Shown piece after piece: positions 18,136 through 27,117 of a DNA stretch of 64,000 bases. The notes under the pieces are model-generated. The model had not been told where the DNA came from. It worked only from the letters and a program-made list of their open reading frames with translations, and made no database searches. The translations under genes and the position numbers were made by a program. The stretch covers positions 1 to 64,000 of IMG/VR virus record IMGVR_UViG_3300048074_000120. One strand, 5' to 3'. This stretch comes from a virus. Positions within the stretch are counted from its first letter, which is position 1; each line of letters begins with the position of its first letter.

Positions 18136-18825
18136 ATGACGCAGCTCGAACAACGCTATGGCCGCTGGGGACCCAAGTTGTTTCCTGAAGTGTGGGAGCT
18201 CCTCAAGATGTACACGGTTGTCATCAACGACCGTTTGAAATCTCAGGGGCTCCCTCCCGTCAGTCAAATCAAAGTCATGGGGGCAATCTGCTCCGACTTT
18301 TTATTAGCTATCCGTACGGGGATCATCAATGACTACCAAGAAGCGTCGCAACGAAAAAAGCTCAACTACCCAGCAGACTACATCGCAGCCAGGGTTGACG
18401 AGCTTGCCCGAAGTGCCGCCCCTCGAGGCCCCGCAGTTTCCTACCTTCCAGGAGCTCGTAGACCTGGAAGCAACGACTACGAGGGAGACGGGGAGCCGTC
18501 GTCTTTCGGACCTCTTCGATGGAACTCTAGGGGACCAGACCCGACTGGTCGAAGACTTCCAGAGGAACCCAGAAAAGTACGGCGAAGAGTGCCACGGCCT
18601 ACTGCGACGCCTGGAGTCTGGGAGCTCATCAGTCGATCACTTGAGCCCCGAAGACAGACGTTTGCTGAATCTGGCTACGTTCGATTTCCACCAAACGGCG
18701 CCGCCCAAAAAGCCAGCAACGACACCCAAGAAGTCCCCCGTGAGTATGCAGGCGAAACCCCGTCAACGGACGGGGCGCTTCAACAAGGTCCGGGTAGAAA
18801 CACAGAAGCCCCGCCCCGGTATTGA
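18136..18825 (+). CDS. Hypothetical protein (C-terminal two thirds overlap the next ORF)
   Basis: N-terminal ~95 aa look globular; the rest overlaps 18329..18868 in another frame. Confidence 0.4.
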   Translation: MTQLEQRYGRWGPKLFPEVWELLKMYTVVINDRLKSQGLPPVSQIKVMGAICSDFLLAIRTGIINDYQEASQRKKLNYPADYIAARVDELARSAAPRGPAVSYLPGARRPGSNDYEGDGEPSSFGPLRWNSRGPDPTGRRLPEEPRKVRRRVPRPTATPGVWELISRSLEPRRQTFAESGYVRFPPNGAAQKASNDTQEVPREYAGETPSTDGALQQGPGRNTEAPPRY

Positions 18826-18868
18826 TGTCCCGGTGACGGAGCTTCCCGTGTACTGGTGGCTGTCTTAG
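18329..18868 (+). CDS. Hypothetical protein
   Basis: 179-aa ORF with a helical core and C-terminal LPVYWWLS. Confidence 0.6.
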   Translation: MTTKKRRNEKSSTTQQTTSQPGLTSLPEVPPLEAPQFPTFQELVDLEATTTRETGSRRLSDLFDGTLGDQTRLVEDFQRNPEKYGEECHGLLRRLESGSSSVDHLSPEDRRLLNLATFDFHQTAPPKKPATTPKKSPVSMQAKPRQRTGRFNKVRVETQKPRPGIDVPVTELPVYWWLS

Positions 18869-19902
18869 ACAGTCACATCCTGATCGCTGGTCGCATCGTA
18901 CTCATAGTAGATGGCGTAATCCGTAGCACCGTCAGGAGGCGTATTCGGAGAGTACGTGCCGTAGGGCTTTGCCGTCGAAGCTGCTACCACCGATCCATTT
19001 GTGACGACTGAGCCGGCCGCAATCTCCTTCAACAGGCCAAGGTAGCCCGCGCGCGACTTGATGGGCTTGCGCAGACCAATAGCCGCGGCAAACGTGATGG
19101 CAATCGTTGCCCCTGTGCCGTCGCCAGCAGCGTAGGCAATCGATGTAACCTTGGCATACGAGTACACCGTGGTCACCGTCGTGGCCGTCTGCGGCAGGGT
19201 CACTGTCTCGCTGATGGGGAGGCCGTTGATGTCCTTGCCAGTGACCACGCAGCTAGCGGGGGCATGGGCAGGGGTCGTGCCGGCAACCGTGAACACCAGA
19301 GCGCGGGGGTAATTGGCCAGATCAGTCTGAACGAGGTCAGCCGCGTGCAGCGTAACCGCGGTAGTGACCGTGGCCGTAGCTGCCTTCACGACTGCAGCGC
19401 CGATGCCTATGGACACGGTAGCCCCCGTGCCGTCCGCGGCAGGGTAGTCGACCTTGGTTACCGAGCTCCACAGCTTCGTTCCATTCGCGATAGTCGCCGT
19501 CTGCGCGAGGTTCACAGTCTCCGTCTGCGCCGCCCCATTCTGATCGAGACCAGTAATTGTCGCGGTGGCGGGGGCATCGGCAGGAGTTGTACCAGCCGTG
19601 GTGAACGATAGCGGGCGAGGCCACAGCACCAACTGGGACAAGCCGGCTGCCTTCATTGCAGCGGCGAGCACAGTTGTGGGGGCCACGACGGTGGCGGCTG
19701 CATCCAATAGGGCTGCTGCGCCAGGTGCCGCGGTACCTGCGGCATTCGTGAACTCTTCCACGGCTAGTGCCGCAAGAGAGCCAAGAGTCGCCGCGATATC
19801 CTTGCGAAGGTTGAAGAACTCCGCTTGAAAGCCACTACCGGGCTTCACCAAGTGGGTCAAACGCGCCTTCATTGAGCCAAACAAACCTGAACCGATTGTC
19901 AT
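18865..19902 (-). CDS. Thr/Ala-rich virion structural protein with duplicated beta-rich domain
   Basis: GGAGG RBS; two copies of AGTTPA.AP...TG.D.NG....ETV.L.QTAT...V..I.Y.A.DGTGAT. Confidence 0.7.
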   Translation of the reverse strand: MTIGSGLFGSMKARLTHLVKPGSGFQAEFFNLRKDIAATLGSLAALAVEEFTNAAGTAAPGAAALLDAAATVVAPTTVLAAAMKAAGLSQLVLWPRPLSFTTAGTTPADAPATATITGLDQNGAAQTETVNLAQTATIANGTKLWSSVTKVDYPAADGTGATVSIGIGAAVVKAATATVTTAVTLHAADLVQTDLANYPRALVFTVAGTTPAHAPASCVVTGKDINGLPISETVTLPQTATTVTTVYSYAKVTSIAYAAGDGTGATIAITFAAAIGLRKPIKSRAGYLGLLKEIAAGSVVTNGSVVAASTAKPYGTYSPNTPPDGATDYAIYYEYDATSDQDVTV

Positions 19903-19968
19903 GATTTCCTCCGATACATTGCCCGGAACTTGCGGGCCAGAGCGGCCCAGATTTCGAACTATCTTACC

Positions 19969-20589
19969 TCAACCCATGGTCGGAACTCCGAATTGACTTA
20001 CGCCAGTGGGTAGAGCCGCGTTGTGACCTCCCCACTCTTGCACGCCGGAGGGGGCCTGCATGAAGTTGTTCGCCGCACGAAGGCCCTTTGTAGCCAAATA
20101 GCCAGCGCCCAGGGCACCCGCGCCCACTAAAGCCTTCGTTTTCCAGCCTGGTTTGATGGCATTCCCTAGGGCTTTGACTCCGCCCATCACCGCCCCACCA
20201 ATACCAGCCTGCTTGGCAAGGATTCTTCCAGCGGCTACACCGGCTACCGATGCCCCTTTGTCGAACATCGACATGTCACCCACAGCGTTACTGTCGGCGC
20301 GCTCGTTGTTGTAAATTGAACTGCCCACAGGGCTAAGCGGAGCGCCTCCACGTAAAGACGCATCGGTGCCGGCAAAACGATTTGACTCAAAGGCGCGGTT
20401 GGCCTCCTCACGAGCTGCCGTTGTGGCTGCATCGCGCTTGGCTCCGCGGTGCATTCCGCTGTAAAGCAAAGCGCCTCCCACAAGGGCCGCCAATGGAACA
20501 CCGCCAGACAGGGGCTTCCACTCAGTCTTCGCGGCCAGTTTATCTGTGCCAAATGCTGTAGCAATTGCTTGATTCATGCGGGTACCCAC
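19969..20589 (-). CDS. Gly/Ala-rich putative head-internal protein
   Basis: DKLAA, DKGAS and AKQAG motifs plus glycine-rich hydrophobic segments. Confidence 0.6.
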   Translation of the reverse strand: MGTRMNQAIATAFGTDKLAAKTEWKPLSGGVPLAALVGGALLYSGMHRGAKRDAATTAAREEANRAFESNRFAGTDASLRGGAPLSPVGSSIYNNERADSNAVGDMSMFDKGASVAGVAAGRILAKQAGIGGAVMGGVKALGNAIKPGWKTKALVGAGALGAGYLATKGLRAANNFMQAPSGVQEWGGHNAALPTGVSQFGVPTMG

Positions 20590-20864
20590 CTACCTTCTTT
20601 TATGTAGCCATGATTGCCACACGTTCGGCAAAGCAAAGACTCTACGAGAGTCAACGGCGCCATGGATTGCACCTTCCAAACGGGGGTGTCCTCACAGCGG
20701 GCTTCTGTTGGAACGTCGAAGAACACAAACCCTTGGCACTCTCGTGTAGGGTTACGTTTATCGGGGTGCCATTCATGGAGGCCAACAACAACCCCATTGT
20801 AGTCGGCCAGCTTGATATAAAAACCCGGGCCAATGGAGATTCTGTTCGCTGTGATGTCAGGCAC
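20574..20864 (-). CDS. Small Cys/His protein (DUF6527-like by recollection)
   Basis: W....PLTLVESLLCRTCGNHGYIKEGRW. Confidence 0.5.
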   Translation of the reverse strand: MPDITANRISIGPGFYIKLADYNGVVVGLHEWHPDKRNPTRECQGFVFFDVPTEARCEDTPVWKVQSMAPLTLVESLLCRTCGNHGYIKEGRWVPA

Positions 20865-20905
20865 AATGAGCTTTATCCTACGCCAGGCGCCTTCAGAAAG
20901 ACAAC

Positions 20906-21562
20906 TTACTGCGGCTTTGGGGCTGGTACCAACGTGTGCGTTACAACGGGGGTTTGCCGCTTGGCTCCGCGGGGCAATGGATCTGCCTGAATCGCTACAG
21001 GTATCGCACCAATCTCAGCACCAGGGACTTTTACGCCGGCATTAGGTAACGCTGCTGCCACGTACCCAGAGAGTTTTGCCACTACTTCCCGTAGGTCATT
21101 GTTGGAACGAGAAACATCCGAGATGCGCTGCTCCAAACTATCCGTACGTTTTTGCATCTCGGCGTACGTGTCCTTCATCGCCGTGTACTGGCGCTTCATC
21201 TCCTGCCAGTCGTTGATCAGGGCCCAGACCAACGGGATGGCCGCGGCTACAACGGAAATGGGGATGGCAATTTTCCACTGTTTCCCGCGCACCGTAATGT
21301 TCTGTGGAGACACAGAAAGAGGCTTCTCCGCAGGAGTAGCCTCAACTACTTGCGGCGGAAACGCCGGTTGCTGACGGAGCTGTTTTGCCGCCCGCAGCTC
21401 ATTCAGCTCATTTTCTAGCTCCTCACTGCGCCTAGACTCTTCCTCAGCCATGCGCAAGGCTGCCTGCGCACGCGACTCGGCTGCATCCAAAAGGGACACG
21501 GCTTCCAAATCATCGCTGCTCTTGGAGCGAGGAGGTCTACGAGGAGGAATTGCAGCGGCCAC
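20906..21562 (-). CDS. Single-pass membrane coiled-coil protein
   Basis: IAIPISVVAAAIPLVWALI hydrophobic segment between two coiled coils. Confidence 0.6.
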   Translation of the reverse strand: MAAAIPPRRPPRSKSSDDLEAVSLLDAAESRAQAALRMAEEESRRSEELENELNELRAAKQLRQQPAFPPQVVEATPAEKPLSVSPQNITVRGKQWKIAIPISVVAAAIPLVWALINDWQEMKRQYTAMKDTYAEMQKRTDSLEQRISDVSRSNNDLREVVAKLSGYVAAALPNAGVKVPGAEIGAIPVAIQADPLPRGAKRQTPVVTHTLVPAPKPQ

Positions 21563-21576
21563 GCTGCTATAGCTTA

Positions 21577-21957
21577 TCAGCCAAGGAGGCGTACGCGAAT
21601 CACTGCGTCGCCCGTTCTCTCGACACTCAGTGAAGTAAGGCCAGACACGGGCGCGGGGCTGGCAAAAAGCAACATGCCTCCCGGTGTGAGCTCCAAGTCG
21701 TCCGTCGACCCGTTGAGATGCAGCTGTACCGCCACAGCACCTTCAGCTGCCTCATACTCCAGCAAAAGGAGCTTTGCGTTGACCACCGTGCCGAAAGGTA
21801 CGTTAGTCGTACCTGCGCCGGACATGACGAGCCGCGTGTCGGTCAACGCCGTAAAGGACCCTGAAAGCCCAAAAGGCAAGGGCTCCGGAGAGGATCCTTG
21901 CGCAGGTGGGTAGCTCAGGGTGCCCTGCAGCTGAAACGGGTTAGTAGAGGCGCTCAT
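21577..21957 (-). CDS. Small beta-rich virion protein
   Basis: TAATG-coupled to the tail tube gene. Confidence 0.65.
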   Translation of the reverse strand: MSASTNPFQLQGTLSYPPAQGSSPEPLPFGLSGSFTALTDTRLVMSGAGTTNVPFGTVVNAKLLLLEYEAAEGAVAVQLHLNGSTDDLELTPGGMLLFASPAPVSGLTSLSVERTGDAVIRVRLLG

Positions 21958-22721
21958 TACGACCCGGGAATCCCAAGGAAGGTAGCGTTCGCGTTAGCCC
22001 CACCCGCATTGGGGTTGGTCGCACTCGAGATGAGCGTAAGCGCTGAGATCGCCACAGGGACCGCACGCTCGAACTGCATCGCCACCGACTCTTGAATGAG
22101 CACGCCCTGAGCGTCCGTGGCCCAGGTGTGGTTCGGCAGGTAGCAGGCCTCGAAGTACACGGCGCCAAGAGCATCCTGGTTGATGTCCCGGACGTACATG
22201 AGCAGCCCCACCGGCTGCGTGAAAAGGTCTGAAGCCAGGTTGATGTAGATGTTCTCGTACCCTGGCGGGATGACCACGTTGTGCGGGTTCGACATGCTGG
22301 CCGCGCCTGCATTGAGGAACATGGCCGGCACCACCGTCGGCGGGAGTAGGTCCTGGTAGTACGCGTACAGCGTGCGAAGGAGCGACGCACCATGATAGTA
22401 AATGCGGCCAAGACCGAGCTGCCCCACGGTACGGCCCGTGATGAAGTAGCTTCGCTCTGAACCAATTTCAAAGATGCGGTTGAACTGGCGGGTGTGCGAG
22501 AGCTGAAAGTTCTGCACGATGCCGACAGGCAACACGATCTGGTTGGCGTTCTGCCCGGTGCCACTCACCGCTTGAGCAAACGCAGCCGCACCACCGATGT
22601 TGGCGATGCGAGGCGGGCCGGCGGCGAGCATAGTGAAACCCGCATTGGCATACGCGCCATCAACTAAACCGGCCTGCACATAATTCGAATAGGGAGACCA
22701 GTCACTGAAATTGCCAGCCAT
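21957..22721 (-). CDS. Tail tube protein
   Basis: Downstream of the sheath; GIVQNFQLSHTRQFNRIFEIGS...YFEACYL...QESVAMQFE tube-like pattern; AAGGAG RBS. Confidence 0.75.
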   Translation of the reverse strand: MAGNFSDWSPYSNYVQAGLVDGAYANAGFTMLAAGPPRIANIGGAAAFAQAVSGTGQNANQIVLPVGIVQNFQLSHTRQFNRIFEIGSERSYFITGRTVGQLGLGRIYYHGASLLRTLYAYYQDLLPPTVVPAMFLNAGAASMSNPHNVVIPPGYENIYINLASDLFTQPVGLLMYVRDINQDALGAVYFEACYLPNHTWATDAQGVLIQESVAMQFERAVPVAISALTLISSATNPNAGGANANATFLGIPGS

Positions 22722-22759
22722 GTTGTATTGCTCCTTGTCTCAGTCTATCACGGTAAAAA

Positions 22760-23029
22760 CTAGCGACCCACTTCCGTCACTCGGGCTCTAGGACAATCAA
22801 GAACTCGAGCCAAGGTCTTGGCTGGGCCCTTATCGAGAATCCGGTCCCACTCTTTGACGGAAACTCCATCCGGCGGCGGGGGTTCTGCTTGCTTGCACAA
22901 CTCAGTCGCTGACTTGACGAACAGCACATAGTCGACTGGGTTGAGACCGCCCCGAGCCGAGGCAGCCTTCTCTTCGAAGAACTGCTCGGCCCGAATTCGC
23001 AGCACCGCCGAATGGAACGGATCACTCAT
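22760..23029 (-). CDS. Small protein with K-x-A motifs
   Basis: EKAAS, VKSAT, CKQAE in 89 aa. Confidence 0.6.
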   Translation of the reverse strand: MSDPFHSAVLRIRAEQFFEEKAASARGGLNPVDYVLFVKSATELCKQAEPPPPDGVSVKEWDRILDKGPAKTLARVLDCPRARVTEVGR

Positions 23030-23084
23030 GCTTGGAACTCCTGAGCTAAGAAAAAGGTGGGTGAACCCAATCCTTTTTCAGATG

Positions 23085-23891
23085 TTAGCCACGCTGGCCT
23101 TTGGTCAAACGTGCATACTCGTCGGGATGATTCGTCTTGAAGTACTCGAGCGCTCGTTGCGCCTCTACCAGAGTTACTCCATGACCTGGCGGGTGGCCTT
23201 CTCCATGCCCTTTGCGACCATCGAGAATCTGTAAGTTCTCGATGCGATTGTCGGAGCGAATCCCGTTGATGTGGTGAACAATCTCCCAGTCTTCCAGCAA
23301 GCGCCCTAGCTGTTGCTCCATTACAAGGCGATGTTCGAGTACTCTGCCATCCTTGGTGCGGCCAGTGTAGCCGTCGGGGGCTACTACAAGTATGTACCCA
23401 TAACCATTTCTGATTGGTCCAGGGTAATGCTTCTTTCCGCCCTTGTAGGCATCTCGACGAGGTTCTCCATGCTCTGAGATACGACCACGGTCCCTCAGAT
23501 GTGCGTGTCGTTGACACATACCCTTGCTGGTAGCTCTTTCGTTGCACCCGTACATCAGACAAGGTATCGCAGCTCTTACTGACCGTTCTCGCAACGGCCC
23601 TAACTCTCTTCCATGAGTTTGTGCCAACCAATGTGCCTGGCATAACCCCAACGCTTTGGGGCGCCTGCCACATCCTTGTACAGAGCAAAGAGCGCCATCC
23701 CCATAGCTTGCTATCCGTTGTGGCTCGCGTAGGCGTTTCCCTGTTTGCAGGTCGAACTCGCCTCTCCGTGCAGCAACATAATGCGAATGACAAAAGCCGT
23801 GTGCTCCGCCTTTCGTTGTGCTGCCGCACTGCTGAATTTTGCAAGCTGGCCATTCTACCTGTGGTGGTCTTCCTGGTTTACGTTCTGTCAT
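23085..23891 (-). CDS. HNH homing endonuclease with three N-terminal C-x4-C...LC..H zinc repeats
   Basis: CKIQQC..GFCHSH, CSVQGC..GLCQAH, CLMYGC..GMCQRH; LEHRLVMEQQLGR...VHHINGIRSDNRIENL. Confidence 0.9.
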   Translation of the reverse strand: MTERKPGRPPQVEWPACKIQQCGSTTKGGAHGFCHSHYVAARRGEFDLQTGKRLREPQRIASYGDGALCSVQGCGRRPKALGLCQAHWLAQTHGRELGPLRERSVRAAIPCLMYGCNERATSKGMCQRHAHLRDRGRISEHGEPRRDAYKGGKKHYPGPIRNGYGYILVVAPDGYTGRTKDGRVLEHRLVMEQQLGRLLEDWEIVHHINGIRSDNRIENLQILDGRKGHGEGHPPGHGVTLVEAQRALEYFKTNHPDEYARLTKGQRG

Positions 23892-23894
23892 GGC

Positions 23895-23923
23895 TAAGAG
23901 CCCCTTTAGAAGCTCTTATACCA
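23895..23923 (-). promoter_or_regulatory. RBS-sequestering hairpin with TGGTATAAG motif upstream of HNH gene
   Basis: UAAGAGCUUC-UAAA-GGGGCUCUUA 10-bp stem covers the AAGGGG RBS 9 nt before the ATG. Confidence 0.65.
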
Positions 23924-23955
23924 CATATTGTGTCTCTATTGATTATAGATAACAC

Positions 23956-26900
23956 TCATATTACAAGGGTAATTCTGATGTAATTACAAGGGTAGGGCGG
24001 GTCGATGAGCACGTCGACCAGCACGGTGTCTGGGGCGCTCTCATCCTGGATGATGTTGTTGAGGTTGAAGCCGACGAGAACACCGACCTCCGTCAGGTAA
24101 CCACCGAGGCCGCCTGTCACCGTGCCGAGCTGATCGAGGAAGGCCTGCGTGATGTTGAACCGGCCGATGAAGTTCTTCAGGCCACGCCGTAGGAACTTCG
24201 CCGTGAAGTCCACCACCTTGGTGATGGAATCCGTCCGGGTCTCAACCGACGTCATGTCCGTCGTCAGAGCCATGCGCGCGATGAGCGGTGCGCTCGGCGC
24301 GTCCTGCACGATGATGTAGGTACCTCCCGCCGCCATGACGTTCATCTGGCGCTCGGAGAAGTAGTTGGTCGACCCGATGACTCGAGAGTACCCGGCCATT
24401 GGGAAGTTGGTGAAGGACTGCTGCGGAGGCTGCTGACCAATCATGCCGACGATGCCGGCGTTCATGTAGAAGCCCTCGAGCACCTGCTCGACACCACCGA
24501 TGGTTGCCGCGCACTGATCGGGCATCGTGTGCCAGAAGCGACGGTTCCCATAGGCCTGGCTCATCCCAGCGTAGGCTGAGGCGATGGCATTCTTGTCGGG
24601 GCTACCATCGACCGTTACCAGCGCAGCGCCGCGGATACGCACCGCGAAGGCCTCCTGAATGAGCTGCGTCGGCAGCGGAGGCACGTTGAGCGCAGTGGTC
24701 GAGTAAAACCCATCATCGTTCGTGCCGGCCGTGAACGTCGTTCGGATGGTGACGATCGACCCATTGACCGCCGAGATGGAATAGTTCTTGGCGTCGCTGG
24801 CGATGTCGAGGAACACCCCGGCTGCAATGGCGATAGTCCCAACCGGGTTCACGCCCTTGTTGAGCAGCAAGGCTGCCAAGTTCGGGATGCCAGTGTCGAA
24901 GCTCAGGCCAGTGGTACCTGCACTGTTGCCGTTGCCGCCTGATCCGACAAGCGTGTCGAGGGCGTGCGTCGGCTGCATCGAGTTGAACAGCACAATGCGC
25001 TCGCCCTTCTCGGTCGGCTCGGACATGAAGTTGACGTGAGTGTTGAACAGCTGACCAACTTCGGCGGAGTGCGTCAACGGCGCCAAGGCATAAACCTCGA
25101 ACGCCTCGAGGAACTCAGCGGCCTTGTTGTAAGCCTCGACGGTGCCGTAAGGCTCGTCAGCGCTCACCGCGTCAACGCCGAGGCCCGTAATCTGCACACC
25201 CGGGGCATTCACCAGGGCAAAGAACATCCCCAGGCCTAGCGGGTTCACCGTGCTAATCGGGGGAATGGCGGACTCGAGCTGCGTCTGGTTGTCGAACCGT
25301 AGAAGGCTGGCATTCCTAGCCGAGGGCGACACATCCTTACGAATGGCCGTGTACGACAGGTACACCGGGGCGCGCGCCGCGGTCGGCGTAATCGCATTGC
25401 CGTTGGTGTCCCGAAGGATGCTGTTCTTCAGCGTGGTCGTGCTGTTGGCATCCACCACTAGGTTCGGCGTCGGACGGCCCACACCACCCGGAAGGTTCTT
25501 GGCGATGATGTACCAGTGGTTGCCGTAGTTGCTCGTCAGCGCCTTCTGGTTGTTCAGCTTGAGCATGTCGGTGTGGCCGCCGGGGGCAACCGTCACGATG
25601 GTCCCCGCCGAGATTCCATCGACAAATAGCTCGTCACCGACAGCCACCTGGCCCAGTGCTCCATGAACCTGTGTGTCCGCGGTCAAGCCGAGCGTTGCCA
25701 AGGCCGTACCGCCCTGCACCCAGATGAACGCGTCAGCACCCGTGTTGGTACTCGTGAGCACCAAGTAATTCGTGCCACCGGCCAAAGTAGCTAGCAGTCG
25801 ACCACCGGCGGCCGCTCCCATCACACTGTTGATGTAGGCGATGAGATCTGCGGCACTAGCCATAGACGTCGAAGGAATCTCGAGCGTCTGCAGCTGCTGG
25901 CCATCACTGATGATGATGGTCTTGCCCTGTACCCCGGTGGGATACGACAGCCCTGTAAGATCCACGGTGCCCGTCACCACAGCGGCGGTGCTCGCAGCAT
26001 TGAAGTTCACGCCCGTGAACTGCATCAAGGGGGAGAAGTTGTCCCCATTGCCGTCATCAATAACCGCGATGGAAGCGCCTGACGCCGTCTCACTCGTTGT
26101 AAAACCGAGCGTGGTGTTGGCCGTGCCGGCCCCGATAGTGAGCGAGGACGAAGCGCTCGTCGAATCCGCGGTGAGCACCAAGTAGTGCGTTGTGGCAGCT
26201 TCGGAGGCGACAAGGCCTGTTGTTGACGAATTGATCTTCGCCAGCAGCAGAGCAATTGAAGTCTCTGACGAGGTGAAGTTTACCGTCTGGTTGGCAGTGC
26301 CATCTACGGAGATAATGAGCGTCTTGCCTGCTACATCCGCGCCCAGCGTCAAATTCAACGTGGTCAGGTCAATCGTGCCGGTCAGCACCGCTGAGGTATC
26401 GACCGAGCCATTGCGCAGGAAGGCTTCCGTGCGAAGGACCTCGATGAAGTTCGAACTCGAGAACGCCAAAAAGGCCCGGATGCTGGCTGGCTCGATCACG
26501 AGCTCATCGAGATTCCCTCGAGGATCAGGCAGGTTCACCGCGGGGATAGCCTCTTCCAACTGATTGTAGTTGTCGACGCCATCATAGGACTTACCCGGCC
26601 CAACGCCAAACGCTGTGCACACAGCGGGCGACGTCGTTTCATCTACGCGAATGCTTTGATACTGCCCCGTGGCAAGCGTGCGCAGGCGGAACTTCGTTGT
26701 ACCAATGAGCTCAGCCACCGCCGAAGTAACACCGGCAGCGGTCAATGCCGCATTGATAGCTGTAATCACTGCGGTCGGCGTCAGCCCTACCGCGGGAGAG
26801 TCAGTGAACAGTACATCAACATTGACCCCGTTATTCACGGAGAAAATGAGGTGCAGCCCATTGAGGCCACTGTAAACCGGGGGCGTCCCGGTGGCGGCGT

Positions 26901-27102
26901 TTGCCAGGAAAAACGCAGGCAAACTAATGAGCGCGTCCCCGTTCAGCGTCTTGCTGCCACTGCCATCATCAACCAACAGATCGACAACTTGTCGGGCAAC
27001 GCCGACAACGCAAGGAACGAGCGTAGGAGTAACCACCGAGGGGGTAGTTGTTCGAATGACTTGGACTACTTCAACGCCTGGGCGGGGTAACTCTGCGGCC
27101 AT
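23956..27102 (-). CDS. Tail sheath protein (large, with inserted domains)
   Basis: N-terminal RPGVEVVQV...VPCVVG and C-terminal sheath core (TSVETRTDSITKVVDF...NIIQDESAPDTVLVDV...PYPCNYIRITL); 1048 aa. Confidence 0.9.
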   Translation of the reverse strand: MAAELPRPGVEVVQVIRTTTPSVVTPTLVPCVVGVARQVVDLLVDDGSGSKTLNGDALISLPAFFLANAATGTPPVYSGLNGLHLIFSVNNGVNVDVLFTDSPAVGLTPTAVITAINAALTAAGVTSAVAELIGTTKFRLRTLATGQYQSIRVDETTSPAVCTAFGVGPGKSYDGVDNYNQLEEAIPAVNLPDPRGNLDELVIEPASIRAFLAFSSSNFIEVLRTEAFLRNGSVDTSAVLTGTIDLTTLNLTLGADVAGKTLIISVDGTANQTVNFTSSETSIALLLAKINSSTTGLVASEAATTHYLVLTADSTSASSSLTIGAGTANTTLGFTTSETASGASIAVIDDGNGDNFSPLMQFTGVNFNAASTAAVVTGTVDLTGLSYPTGVQGKTIIISDGQQLQTLEIPSTSMASAADLIAYINSVMGAAAGGRLLATLAGGTNYLVLTSTNTGADAFIWVQGGTALATLGLTADTQVHGALGQVAVGDELFVDGISAGTIVTVAPGGHTDMLKLNNQKALTSNYGNHWYIIAKNLPGGVGRPTPNLVVDANSTTTLKNSILRDTNGNAITPTAARAPVYLSYTAIRKDVSPSARNASLLRFDNQTQLESAIPPISTVNPLGLGMFFALVNAPGVQITGLGVDAVSADEPYGTVEAYNKAAEFLEAFEVYALAPLTHSAEVGQLFNTHVNFMSEPTEKGERIVLFNSMQPTHALDTLVGSGGNGNSAGTTGLSFDTGIPNLAALLLNKGVNPVGTIAIAAGVFLDIASDAKNYSISAVNGSIVTIRTTFTAGTNDDGFYSTTALNVPPLPTQLIQEAFAVRIRGAALVTVDGSPDKNAIASAYAGMSQAYGNRRFWHTMPDQCAATIGGVEQVLEGFYMNAGIVGMIGQQPPQQSFTNFPMAGYSRVIGSTNYFSERQMNVMAAGGTYIIVQDAPSAPLIARMALTTDMTSVETRTDSITKVVDFTAKFLRRGLKNFIGRFNITQAFLDQLGTVTGGLGGYLTEVGVLVGFNLNNIIQDESAPDTVLVDVLIDPPYPCNYIRITLVI

Positions 27103-27117
27103 AAACAGGCTCCTTCC

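Noticed and set aside
21941-23853. Alternative-frame ORFs of 207 aa and 275 aa
   Set aside because: Off-frame overlaps of the tail tube and HNH genes with Arg/Ser-rich, non-protein-like composition
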